Below are positions 33,148-44,305 of a stretch of DNA of 48,910 bases, one piece after another. Source of the DNA: a virus. Lineage: Duplodnaviria; Heunggongvirae; Uroviricota; Caudoviricetes. The first letter of the stretch is position 1; each line of letters opens with the position of its first letter. A model generated the notes under the pieces. It did not search any database and was not told the origin of the DNA. It saw only the letters and a program-made list of their open reading frames with translations. The stretch is from positions 128,001 to 176,910 of IMG/VR virus record IMGVR_UViG_3300029904_000001; one strand, given 5' to 3'. A program made the translations under genes and the position numbers.

Positions 33148-35596
33148 CTATGAATTTCTTATTCGATCATTATAAGGATTACCATCGTTTAGCTGTAATA
33201 TTTCAGCTTCAAGTTCCTTTTCTTTTAAATCTGTTAATTTTTTATCGTTTTCTCGTTTATCTCTAATCTCTTGTTCTTGAAGAGCAACTTTCTTCTTCTC
33301 AATATCTCATTTAAGATTATTATTTTGCTGTATTTGTGAATTAAGTCGTTCATTTTCTGCTTCAGCTTTCTGTAATTGCTGAGTAAGTTGTTTATTTTGT
33401 GAATCCAATTGCTGTACTTGCTGTTGCAATTGTTGAATAACATTATTCTCTTGTTTTTTCTCTTCAAGAGCTTCTTCAAGATAATCCTTCATTTCGGTCA
33501 TATTTTTGGCCATTAAAGTATTAATAATCATTGCTGGATCAGCTTGTCCAGATTTGACAAATTCAATACTTAATTGGTTAAGAGTTTCTCTAACTCTGAA
33601 CATATCAGAACTATCTTGAATATGAATATCAAAATCAGTAACAGTGTAATATTCTGGCAGAGCTGTAAATATTTCTTTTGCTTTATTACCTAATATTATT
33701 GTGCCAGTCAGACCATGTTTAAATACTACTTTAGCTAGATTTAATAAATCATAATTCATTTCTTTGTACATTAAATCCATAGCATAGAAGTATTGTTTAG
33801 TTAAAATAGTTGATTGTCTAATCCCAACTTTAACATTAGATACAGCGTCTCTTTGCTGGATTCCTCCAAGTTTTTCTGGAAATACACCAGTTATATTACA
33901 TGCTTGTTGTTCAACTGAATCAATAGCGATTTGAATAGCTTGTATAGATTGTGCTTTAACTGTATCATCAAATCCATTAAATGTAGTATTTAAAGGAATT
34001 CCTTCTTCTGAAGAATCTATAATAGCCATTCCATTTTTCTTATATGCTTTCCATTTCGCTAATTTTTCTGGAAGTTCTACTCCTAGTGCTGAAGGTATAT
34101 GTGCAATATCAATTCAATCTCCAACTGTTCCCGATGTTGCAATTAGATTATCACGATAGTAGATAAGGAGGTCTAGCTTCACTATGTTCACGTAAAGTCG
34201 TTAATTTTACGCAGTTTTCTAAGAAACTTCTATATGTCGCCATATAGATCAGACTATATCATATCTAATTAATAGATCCTCGCGCTTCGACTCACTTGAG
34301 TCTACATTTAGTCGTTGATCCTTCCAAATAAATTTGGCTTGGATGCTGATTATCTACATGAGATTTCCCAGCAGTTCACGAGGTTTACCCAGGACTAAGC
34401 TACTAATCCTGCAAGTCCATTGTATTTAACATTAGACTAAAAGGTTGACCATTCTTATCATTTAGAAACATTCCATTAACACTTAATGTACATGTTTTAG
34501 GGTCATGTTGACTCCTACATATATATTTAGATTCACCTCTAGTGATAAATATTTCTTCTCCAATTTTTACACCTTCATGACGAGTTACTCTATTTTTATC
34601 TTTATCTCATTCAAGTCATTCACATTCATAAACTGGAATTACTGGATTATTGTTATAATTATACATTCCAGTTTCATTTCATGGGAATACAGGTGTAACT
34701 TCTAATCCTCCTAAGATACCTGGAGAAGGAACTACTCTGGTTGCAGTATATTCATTATCTGCACCTTCTACAGAACGAGGTTGTCTAATATATACTGTAT
34801 TATAATTACGTTCTCCTTTAGAAGCATAATCTTTTAAAATACTTTTTGCTTCAGATGAAAGTTCATCGTTAAATTCTTGAAAAATCTGTTCTTCAGTCAT
34901 TCATCTACGAATAACTGCACGTTGAGATCTATTTAAATAGAATTCATTACGATTTCTTTCTATAAATGTATCAAGAGGATTAAGAACTTCAATTTTTAAA
35001 TTTTCTCCACTACCAGAAGGTTTTGTTCTATAATAACATATTCCAGAAATTAATAAATCAGTAAACAATTCACGCATTTTGTTTTTTAAATCCAAATCAC
35101 GTGAATGTTTTATATAATTAAGTATGTTTTGAGCAGCTCTTTCATATTCAGATACAAATGATTTATCTATATCTTTTTTAAGTTTCTCAATCTCTTTCTC
35201 GATAAAAGGATCGCTAGGAGCTTGTTTACCTTCAACAAAAACTTGAATGACTAAGTTTTTTAGTTTAGATTCTAATAATTTATATACTTGTTTATTAATT
35301 TCAAGTTGTTTATCTCTCATTATATTAGATACTGTTTTTTCATCTTTACAAGTAACTTGAAGATCAGGATCTAATTCAAGATATTCTCCAACCAATACAT
35401 CAATATGTTTTTTAATAAGTGGAGTAAATCCAATAGATGTTGGAACTCCAATTCCGTAATTATCTTCTATATGTCGAAATTGTTCAGCATCTCGAATACA
35501 GTGATAATAATTGTAAGCTTTTTTTAATTGAACTTTCTCGTAGATAAGATCTTGAATACATTTATTTATGTTTTCAATTTCTTTTTGTCTGTTCAT
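33148..35596 (-). CDS. Portal protein, 2 exons, 740 aa (code 4)
   Basis: Exons 35596-34406 and 34179-33148. Motifs AYNYY, PLIKKHIDVLVGE, NPLD, ITGV...LG, with a Gln-rich C-terminal coil. Follows terL. Confidence 0.88.
34180..34405 (-). mobile_element. Group I intron in portal (226 nt, no ORF)
   Basis: P1 CAGGAT/GTCCTG, P10 TAGCTT/AAGCTA, ATCAACGACTA and GATATAGTC core, terminal G. Splicing gives LQD|KLDLL. Confidence 0.9.
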
Positions 35597-35597
35597 T

Positions 35598-35909
35598 TTA
35601 TGTAATTATTACAGTATCGTAATCTAAGTCTCATTCACCATCTCTGCAAACAGCAGCTGGTAATTCTTGAACTGCAATAAAATAAGAAGCAATTTGCATC
35701 TTTCTAAAATGCAGTTCTTTATAAATGAACTTCTTAAACTGTTCTAGATCTCCATCATAAGTAAATCTCATTGGAGCTTGTTCTTGATTCATATGTAATA
35801 GAAGTGTCCAACCCACTTCATCTTCATAAAAAACTTTAAACTTTCCAATATATTCACCATCGATAGCTTGATTTATTATTTCTAGAATTTCTTGTTCTAA
35901 AAGTGTCAT
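35598..35909 (-). CDS. Hypothetical protein between terL and portal
   Basis: Track ORF extended through TGA to TAA 35598, next to the portal start. Confidence 0.7.
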
Positions 35910-38469
35910 TTTGGTATTAAATAATTATTATCTTTTTTATCTGGAATTTCTCCAAATCGTTTATGTCCATTTTTGTCAATATAATATCCGTAGTCTTTTC
36001 ATTCTTTGTTAACTTCCTGAACATTACGAATTGGAAGATCAGATAATGCTTCATCACCTATCTCAGCCATTCCTAAAGCCGCGATAATATCGAATTTACG
36101 CTTTTCTTCATAAGAATAATTTAATAATTGTTCAAGCATCTCATCAAACATGATTTCGTGCCAATAATCAGTCACAAACATGTTGATTAACTCCAATCCG
36201 TGCTTGATAACAGCTTCAGTAGCTGGCAAACCAATTAATCTTTTTACTTGAGTTTTTCTTACTCTATTAGATATTGCAAATTCTGGTCTAGCTAAAAATA
36301 GGTTGTCTTTTTTATATTGTTTAAAATAATTTTGTATGGTAATTTTTGTATACTCCAACATTGCTTTACAATTATACCATACGCAAAGTTTCATAGCTGT
36401 TTCATACGCATCACGTACATCTTTTGGACGATCTTTATACATAGCAACATATTTTGGACTGTCCATTCCGTGAACACGTTTTTTAATAACTATGCAGAAA
36501 TCAGAAACATCCGATTCAAGTGCAGAATCAGACGTACCCATATCAATTGAGTCAATTCCTGCTACATATAAATTATTATACGGATTTCCATCCATATCTA
36601 AAAGTGGAGGTTCTACTACTAATAATTTACTTGATAGCGACATTTGAGCTTTTACTCATTTTCGCTCTTCGCTTCCCCATAATAAAGCCGTTGGTTCAGG
36701 TTTAACATAATTCTCTTTAAATACTCTGATTTGAGTGAGTCGTTCAGAAATAACAATTGAGTCAAAGATATTATCACCTTGTCTTAATAATGCTTCATCT
36801 GGAGTAAAACAATGTTCTGCACAATAATCAAGTAAAGCTTGACCTTCCATCTTTTTACGTTGGTTTTCATATCATTCTTTAAATCTCACTGAATCTGTAA
36901 CTCCACGTTTATCTACAAATTCTGGATTTAAAGAGAATTCATGTGCTGGTATAAAGAATCCAGTATAGGCGATTCTACCATCACGTGTATATTTATTTTT
37001 ATAAGGTAATACATTAAATGATCGAGGATTGTTGAACATCTCGGATAAGCCCGCTAAATTTGGCCCCGAATCTCCTCCAGTTGTTCTAATGTTATCTTAA
37101 GAGCTTTTTATCTCTTAATTCTCATACTTCATTTAATATGAGACCAGCATATATCTTCAGCAAAGCTGTCGCGCACTCGTGGAAACATTATATTTATTCA
37201 GTTTCTATGCGTTACGGTGACATATCAGCCTTATCGTAATCTGATAGTTTACCTCGGTATTACCATCTCAGGCTTTTACCGATTTTGCGCGATTAGGTGG
37301 CACTGTAGTTCACCACCCGCGATTCTTATTCCGATCTTTTCACCTCCTATTTCGACTAAAGCATTACCTTGAATTCAAGCTTTAATAAGTTTTGGTTGAG
37401 AACCAGCTTCCTCGTATATTAATCGCTCAACACGATCACCACGAATCTTATTTGGGTCATCAGCGACGATTCCTTCTATCTCTGAGAGAGATCCATATTC
37501 AACTCCTTCCTTATTTAAAAGTGAGGCACGTTTTTGCTTTATATTATCTATCTTCTGACGAGAACGTTTCATACCTCCATCCGTGTGAAGGTTTAATCAG
37601 TTTAATTGAGTCCAACATTTATCTAGCAATGGATCTAAATGTCCGTCAGAATCAGCAGTAGCCACAGTTCTAAATTGTCGCGTTGTAATAAAAGGGCGTA
37701 CACATAAATCTGCAAGTATTTCTGAGAATCCGAGACCTCTAGCTTTTAACATGCAGACGTCACGACCCGTATATTCGCACATTTCAACGTAATGAAAGAA
37801 CTCATATTGTTTTGCAATAAAAAGAGGAAAGGCTTGTACACGTCCCTTTACTTTTTTGGATACTCCTGTATTTGCGATCTGCATATGATAGAAATTTAAA
37901 AAGAAATAATGGTCTCCAGTTATACGATATTTTCCAACTGTATAACCCTCAGAACATCTTCTTAATTGTTCCATCCAATAATCAGCATAAGGTTTACAAC
38001 CTTGAGGATATTCTGTATAATGACCTGTTTCTTCATAAATTCTAGCTGCTTCTCTAAAAGGTTCTGGATCAAAATCCAATCCTTCTGTCATAGTAATAGG
38101 ACGATAACCAGTTAATTCATAAGATAATTCTGGATCAAAATATTCAATTGTTTCATCAGCTTTAACATCTCACAATCCGTCTCTTTTATGATGTTTAAGT
38201 TCTCATGAATCTTGATAATATTCTGATTCTGGTCCCTCGTCCAATTTATATTTTTCAATTTTACGTTTTAAATCTTCTTCAAATAATTGTCTAATAAGAC
38301 TCTCTTCATAGTTCTCTGCATAACCTGGAAGTTTTTTAAGATCTTGTTTATTTTGTTTAGCTCTTTTTTGTTCGGCGGTTTGATTTCTTTCATCCATTCT
38401 TTTAAGAGCTTGACCATATCTTTTCATAAACTCCGGTGTATCTTGTAATCTTTCTCTCTTCTTTGCCAT
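35897..38469 (-). CDS. terL: Terminase large subunit, 2 exons, 780 aa (code 4)
   Basis: ITGDHYFFLN, Walker A-like LKARGLGFS, Walker B LIYEEAG, GG|TGGD across the intron, RNase H-like YVAGIDSID and KFDIIAA, C-terminal WKDYGYYID. Confidence 0.92.
37082..37311 (-). mobile_element. Group I intron in terL (230 nt, no ORF), variant P7 and apparent terminal A
   Basis: P1 GGTGGT/GCCACC, P10 CAGT/ACTG, P7 GCATA/TATGC. Removal restores IAGGTGGDSG. Confidence 0.85.
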
Positions 38470-38493
38470 AACTAAATCTCTATATTACTAAAT

Positions 38494-39087
38494 CTATTTC
38501 TGCCAAGAATAAGAATCTTCCATAAAACCAGTTTGAATATCACCACGTACTTTAGATGCAGCGGCTTGATTAGTTTTATGTAGTATTTCTAGCTCTTGCA
38601 ATTTTGTTCTTAGATTGCCTATAGTTGCAATATCATTCATCACATCTTTAGGTTTATATATAGGTTTACCTGAGTCATCTCTCTCGGAATAATCTATAGA
38701 ATCTAAGAATATTTGTGTTTTATATAATGTATGATATGCTGTTTTAATAAGCGATAAAACTGGGTCGGCTTCTTGAATCTCTTGATATTTATGATATGCA
38801 GCAACGAAAATTGGATCTTTTAGATGAGATTCCTCTAGACCAGAATCGGCTAGTGCTGCTTTATGTTTATCCTGTTCAAGATATTTAAAGTAAGGTGATT
38901 TGAAATCAAGAGTTAAATATATATAAGTAAGTTCTTTATAAGCAAGAAGCCGTTTTTCTCCAGTTTTGTCTTCAGCACATTTATTACGTTCTTTATCTCA
39001 AAGAGCAGCAAATTCTTTTATAAGTAATATATCATATTCGTTAATGCGCAAAGTGTTTGTAACATTATCAAATATAAATACTTCCAT
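38494..39087 (-). CDS. Conserved protein upstream of terL, candidate terminase small subunit (missing from the ORF track)
   Basis: MEVFIFDN...LLIKEFAALWD...YIY..DFKSPY...GKPIYKPKD...KVRG, 197 aa with one TGA. The TerS call rests on position and size. Confidence 0.55.
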
Positions 39088-39935
39088 TACTTTTTCTGTT
39101 TATTTGCTTTATCTTTAATCTTATCCATTGAAGAATTTATAAATCCTCAATTGCTTCCTCTATTTTTAGAAGACGCTACTCCATAGATACCTTGATTCGG
39201 AATTTGATAAGTAATCGTAGTATCAGAAGGTGTTATCGTTCTAATCGCTCCTTCAAAATTAAATGGACCACCTACATTATCTGGAAGTCTGTTTCTATCA
39301 TAAGCATAGAATTCTCTAGTTTCTGTAGGAGTTATGTTTTGTTGAACAAATGGTCTTGGAGAAGATAGAATTGACAATACTGTATTTTCAGCTATTTGAT
39401 TAGGATTATTCGATGGCATTTGGTTTCCTTTTTGAGCCATTGGTATTAATCCAATATTATTAGCTGTTTCTGCTGAAGTCATAGTAGCTAATTCTCCACC
39501 TTTTTGTGTAGTTAATACCGATGTATTTTGTTTACGTCTAGGATTTCCAAAAAAGCTAGATCTTGGTACATTTAATAATAAATTCATTTGCTCTGGAGAT
39601 TTAAATGGCATTTTATTACCATCCTGCATCTTCTCAGCCATCTTATTTACCATGCCATCTCGAAGAATTTCTTTTTTCTTACAACTAACACAGCCACCAT
39701 TGCCGTATTTATTTACAAAAGCAGCCATTTTACCACCTTTCTTAAACATCTGAGAATTTCCAGCTTGTTTTGATTCTTGAAAAGCAGTAAATAGCTGAGA
39801 TAGCATTTGTTGTCCTTCTTCGGATTCAGCCATTTGATTTAAAGATTGAACTATCTGATCTGGACTAGCATTTTGAAATTCTGGAACAGCCGTAGGAAGT
39901 CAATTTACAAATTCTATTAGTTGTTCTTCATTCAT
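39087..39935 (-). CDS. Hypothetical virion/cargo-like protein with repeated (K/Q)xG(G/N) motifs
   Basis: Track ORF extended at both ends through TGA. TAATG-coupled to the next gene. Confidence 0.6.
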
Positions 39936-39944
39936 ATCTTTAAT

Positions 39945-40277
39945 TTATTTTGTAGCACTTGTTATTGTATAAGGATAAGGAATTGGATCTTCTACTTTAA
40001 ACTGATTTGGATCTGAAGTATATGGAGTGTTTATACGTTGAGTATAAGGATCACTCAGATTTTGATACCAAACAGGCATAGGTCTATTAGGGACACTTGT
40101 AAAAGGTCCGTCATCTATAACGTTTCTATCGATAATTTTCTCAGCAATTTTATCAAAATCTATACTATCAGATTCTTTATTCCTATCCTTATTAAATTTC
40201 TGTATAAACTCAATTACTTCGTTAACATTAAGAAATTCAACTGAAGTAATTTCGTTATTTTTAATATTTACTCGCAT
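39945..40277 (-). CDS. Hypothetical protein
   Basis: 110-aa ORF in a tightly packed operon, Pro-rich C-terminus. Confidence 0.6.
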   Translation of the reverse strand: MRVNIKNNEITSVEFLNVNEVIEFIQKFNKDRNKESDSIDFDKIAEKIIDRNVIDDGPFTSVPNRPMPVWYQNLSDPYTQRINTPYTSDPNQFKVEDPIPYPYTITSATK

Positions 40278-40453
40278 ATATTAACTCCGTAATTCTTTTT
40301 AAAATATTGCCACGTTTTAAGTCGATCTTCAAATGTCTCTCCAAAACAATTAGGAATGTCGTTAACATTAATTCGTATCGATGTATTTTGTATAAACTCA
40401 GCCATTTCTTTTGGAGTACCTTCTATTTCAATATTATTGGATTTTGCTTTCAT
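40268..40453 (-). CDS. Small hypothetical protein
   Basis: MKAKSNNIEIEGTPKEMAEF, abutting both neighbours. Confidence 0.55.
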   Translation of the reverse strand: MKAKSNNIEIEGTPKEMAEFIQNTSIRINVNDIPNCFGETFEDRLKTWQYFKKNYGVNICE

Positions 40454-40454
40454 A

Positions 40455-40712
40455 TTACACATGTATTAGATCTTTAGTTGAAAATATAGCTTCGTGGAGA
40501 ACTTGGTTCTTGTCATACCAGCGGCATTTAATTCCTAAGAATATATTTTCTCTTTCATTCTCTTTAGTACGAATTGATTTAACTACTTTTTCTATCACGT
40601 ACATTGTTGGTTTATTCTCGATATCATGCCGGACTTGAACTCTATCTCCCGGAATGAAATATATTGGTTTCTCTGTATCTATAATTCTTTCCATTTTAAT
40701 TATCATTTGCAT
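40455..40712 (-). CDS. YodC/DUF2158-like small beta-barrel protein
   Basis: PGDRVQV...PTMYV...CRWYD...EAIFSTKDL pattern. Confidence 0.65.
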   Translation of the reverse strand: MQMIIKMERIIDTEKPIYFIPGDRVQVRHDIENKPTMYVIEKVVKSIRTKENERENIFLGIKCRWYDKNQVLHEAIFSTKDLIHV

Positions 40713-41097
40713 TTAAAGGGACAATACGACAGAAAACATTTTGTTCAGATATTAAATAATAACCTTTCTTCCTAAAAGGAATAGGATTAGAAATATGTTT
40801 TGGAAAATAAACGTCGTCTCCAACTTTAACGTTTCTACAATCAGGACCAATTGCCAATACTTTTCCACAACTTATTAGTTGTTCGTTATCTTCGTATTCT
40901 CCTGTTTCATTAGATTTATATCTTTTTGTACTTTCTATACCTATAATGAGCCCGGAATCCGTAGTTTCAATCTTTCTATATGGGTTTTCATCATAAGGTT
41001 TAATAAGTACACCAGTATTAACTGGAATTATTATAACGTCATTTCTATTGATATCTTTAGTATTTTTATCTACTATATTCTGTGCAACATTTTTCAT
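40696..41097 (-). CDS. groES: GroES/Cpn10-like co-chaperonin
   Basis: IPVNTGVLIKP, TDSGLII mobile loop, GKVLAIGP, VKVGDDV, YLISEQNV. Confidence 0.75.
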   Translation of the reverse strand: MKNVAQNIVDKNTKDINRNDVIIIPVNTGVLIKPYDENPYRKIETTDSGLIIGIESTKRYKSNETGEYEDNEQLISCGKVLAIGPDCRNVKVGDDVYFPKHISNPIPFRKKGYYLISEQNVFCRIVPLNANDN

Positions 41098-41233
41098 AAC
41101 TATTAACTATACCATTTTTCATTAAACATAAATAACGTTCAGCTCCAACCTGAACTTTATTTTTACAATCTTTACATACGCATCTACGCTGAGTAAATGT
41201 TTTAACCAAATTTTTTAAAATATTTTTCATCAT
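41066..41233 (-). CDS. Small Cys-rich protein
   Basis: TAATG-coupled start, CxCxxC...C...CC. Confidence 0.45.
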   Translation of the reverse strand: MMKNILKNLVKTFTQRRCVCKDCKNKVQVGAERYLCLMKNGIVNSYEKCCTEYSR

Positions 41234-41508
41234 TATCATTTTCCTATTACACAATGAGCATTTTTCAGACGAGTCTTGGCCTTAAGCCTACAGCCACAAC
41301 CTCTTATTCAACCACGATGGGGTTTTATATCAACTTCTTGTCCATCTGGTGAAATATATTTGGAAGAATCACAAATAGGTCCAAATGCTTTAGTTTCTTT
41401 ACATATTGGACATTGTTTACATATTTCCAAGCGTGACTGTGCTAAATCCTCCTCTCGTTTTAGTACTTCATTTATATGCCCTTGTAGTACATCAATAGCA
41501 TTAATCAT
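41233..41508 (-). CDS. Small Zn-binding protein
   Basis: RLEICKQCP...GCGCRLKAKTR...HCVIGKW*. Both Trp codons are TGA and the last is followed directly by TAA. Confidence 0.7.
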
Positions 41509-42440
41509 TATATTATATATGGTTTATCTCTATCTAAAGCTTGTTGTATTTTAAGCTTTTTCTTGTAATCTTTTATCATCTTTTCTACTTCTTGTTTCAT
41601 ATATGGAACTTCTATGAAACTTTCATTACCGTCATGATCAATTCAGTGTATTGTAAGTCTCAAAACATTATATTTTGGATTTAATTGCTGAATCATCCAT
41701 GCATAAGTACTTAATTGAAGAGTATAATGCTGTCCATTACAATCTTGTATAGTATTTAATGGATATTTCATCATAGTTTGAGACTTCTTATAGCGATCAT
41801 AGAAGGATTTGAATTCTATTTTCTTATTTGACTTATGATCTAGAATTATGATGTTGTCTCCATCTATTGCTAGTAAGTCTATCTGTCCACATAATAGAAA
41901 ATCTCCATCTCTATAGCTAATCATATATTCTGGATATATACCAGTTTCCAAATTAAATGTATTTCTTCCTTTAAATACTGGCATTTTACCTCCAAAACCA
42001 AATTTCTTTAAAGTACCAATATCTCTAGCATATAAAGAATCTTCTATAGCTTTGTGAACTTTTGTTCCATATTCACAAGACTTTTTATTTTCTAGAGCAT
42101 AGCTATCTAGAATCTCTTGTTTCTTTTTATTAAATAAAGTCTCATCTATATCTAAAGTAGAAATAAGAGCTTTATTAAATCTTTTTGTTTGTAAAAGTTT
42201 AGGTTTAATAACTCCAAAAATTTCTGGTTCACAAAGAGCTTCAAGTGCTTTATATGAACTCCAAAAGTTTCCATCAAATGGAGTTACATAAGAATGTATC
42301 ATAGTTGTTACAGATACACCCTTTAAATTATCTTCTTTAGCTCGATATTCGTGTGTATCATCAAAGTAAACTATCGAGTCTGATTCTTTGTCAATTAAAC
42401 GACCATTGTAATAATTAACACTTGCATCTAACCTTGGCAT
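41508..42440 (-). CDS. PD-(D/E)XK (Cas4/RecB-like) nuclease
   Basis: SVTT, GTKVH, PEY, GQIDLL, ILDHKS, YTLQLSTYA. Extended through TGA to TAA 41508. Confidence 0.85.
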
Positions 42441-42444
42441 ATTT

Positions 42445-43149
42445 TTATAAACGTGAAATATAATCTAATTTAGAAGCAATCGATGCTCCATACCTTCTAA
42501 TATTTTTCCCGATAACTTGTTGATTTTCAGGAATATGATCAAAAGACAAAATTAAAAACCCAACTTCGTTTGTACTTTCAAGTAATAAAGCGGCTACTCA
42601 TTTAGTGCCAGATGAAGATATACCTTGAGCTAATGCCGGATCGATTTTAGATAATGAATCAGTAGTGCCATATCAATAACCATCGTTATACATTATCTCT
42701 GATATATTAAATAAAGATAAACTTACCTCATTATAAATTTGAGACACTTTGTTAAGTCCAGAACGCGTTTCTTCGTAAGTCATAGCGGCATATAAAAAAC
42801 CAAGAGATGAAAGATTGGAAGTACCATTGTGAAATTCCATTACACAAGCTCTAGATGCATCTGTAATATTCACTAATTCCTTTAATTCACCTCTTATTAC
42901 TGGATCTATATTTCGTCTATATTCTATGTTAGATTTTTCTTGTTCTATCTTTTGTTGTTCTACTTGTTCTGTATATTGATTAAATTTATCAAAAATAATT
43001 TCTGGATTTAAAGCTACGTTTAATGCTATTAATGCGAAAGCTAAAGCTATGGTTCCTTTAACAATTTTCCACAAACCATGATTAGCTACAGCATCTGCCA
43101 TTTGACTTATTCATTCAATAAAAGAACCAGTATCTTTTAAGCTTTTCAT
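42445..43149 (-). CDS. Single-TM protein with GAF-like soluble domain, T4 T-holin-like architecture (234 aa, code 4)
   Basis: N-terminal TM followed by ASRACVMEFHNG...MTYE...VGFLILSF. The holin role is inferred from architecture. Confidence 0.5.
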
Positions 43150-43248
43150 TTTGTTTTATAAATAAAATTAGAGGGTTAATAAAAAATTGAACAGTAAAGA
43201 TTAAATATAAAACATTAGCATAATTTTTTAAAAAAATATTAATTCTTA

Positions 43249-43280
43249 TTTGTACAATTGCAAAAATATGATTAATTTTG
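43249..43280 (+). promoter_or_regulatory. Bacteroidota-type promoter for the rightward lysis/fibre operon
   Basis: TTTG (43249-43252), 20-nt spacer, TAATTTTG (43273-43280). Confidence 0.72.
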
Positions 43281-43300
43281 CAAAAATCCAAATAAAAGTT
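43261..43300 (-). promoter_or_regulatory. Bacteroidota-type promoter for the leftward packaging/tail operon
   Basis: TTTG (43292-43289), 20-nt spacer, TATTTTTG (43268-43261). Shares 14 bp exactly with the promoter at 18227-18240. Confidence 0.78.
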
Positions 43301-43340
43301 GTATAAAGATAAATTTTTTAAAACCTAATTAAAGAAGATT

Positions 43341-43628
43341 ATGATTTCAAACTTATTGAATCAGTTAATAAATTTAGATACTAACCAGATTGAAGCAGAA
43401 ACTATTGATTATCCTAATTTAATTGAAAATGAATTGGAGATCTTTAAATCTGGAGGTAAAATACACATTAAGAAGAAGAATCGGGGAAAGTTTACAGCGA
43501 GTGCAAAAAGAGCAGGACAGAGTGTACAAGAACACGCTAGATCTGTATTAAATAATCCAAATGCTACTCCTTTACAGAAGAAGAGAGCAAATTTCGCTAG
43601 GAACGCAGCTAAGTGACATAAGAAGTAA
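43341..43628 (+). CDS. Small protein with acidic leader and basic C-terminal domain
   Basis: FKSGGKIHIKKKNRGKFT...KKRANFARNAAK-W(TGA)-HKK*. Confidence 0.75.
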
Positions 43629-43676
43629 AGAATTGAATTCTTATATTATCTTAATAACCTAAACTTTATTAAAACT

Positions 43677-43919
43677 ATGCGATTCTCCGAATATTTCCCA
43701 AAGATATTTATGTCAAGATCAGGAGTTAGTAGTAAAAGAATAATGGGTGCCCTCGGATGACTAGTATGTTTATTTATAGTCTTATATTGTACTATTACTT
43801 GTATACAAGCACCAGCTATAGCTGAAATATTGTTTTATTGTTCTTCTGGATTACTTGGCATAGATGCAATTATGTCTCCATTTAGAAATAAAAATGAAAG
43901 ACCTAAAGATAATATGTAG
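43677..43919 (+). CDS. Two-TM holin-like protein (missing from the ORF track)
   Basis: MRFSEYFPKIFMSRSGVSSKRIMGALGWLVCLFIVLYC...SGLLGI. One TGA in TM1, upstream of the endolysin. Confidence 0.6.
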
Positions 43920-44301
43920 TAAAATAATACCGCTAAAAGGTTTTAGTAGTATGAATGTTTTTGGAGTAATTTTTAGACGATATGAATTATGCGGTATTGA
44001 ATTAAGCAAAAGATCAATAAACCACGAAGGCATACATACGTGTCAGAGTGAAGATTTTATTCCAAATAAGAAAAATAATAACTTTATTAGAATTCTTGAT
44101 TATCTGATATTTTATATATTATATATAATAGAATGAATATTTAAAATAATATGTAATATATTTTATTGGAAAATTAGAGCATATAGAAGCATAAGTTTTG
44201 AACAAGAAGCTTATACCAATGAACTAAATTTTGATTATCAAGAAACAAGAAAGAGATTTGCTTGAGTAAAATATATATTTAAGTTTATATTAAGAGACTA
44301 A
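43894..44301 (+). CDS. HExxH zinc-metallopeptidase-like protein
   Basis: INHEGIHTCQ...YILYIIEW...AYRSISFEQEAY...RKRFAWVKY, with two TGA-Trp codons. Confidence 0.7.
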
Positions 44302-44305
44302 ACGA

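Noticed and set aside
10908-38469. Inteins or programmed frameshifts explaining the MCP, portal and terL interruptions
   Set aside because: The inserts contain stop codons and group I P1/P7 elements, and no intein terminal motifs were seen.
7519-41554. Short plus-strand ORFs in the track (e.g. 7519, 10371, 17977, 22547, 25909, 36317, 41276)
   Set aside because: They are antisense shadows of well-supported minus-strand genes and have no recognisable motifs.
41508-42440. CRISPR-Cas locus suggested by the Cas4-like nuclease
   Set aside because: No repeat-spacer array or other cas genes. Solo PD-(D/E)XK nucleases are common in phages.
43150-43340. tRNA or structured ncRNA in the divergent intergenic gap
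   Set aside because: The gap is extremely AT-rich with no cloverleaf or T-loop motif, and is explained by the promoters.
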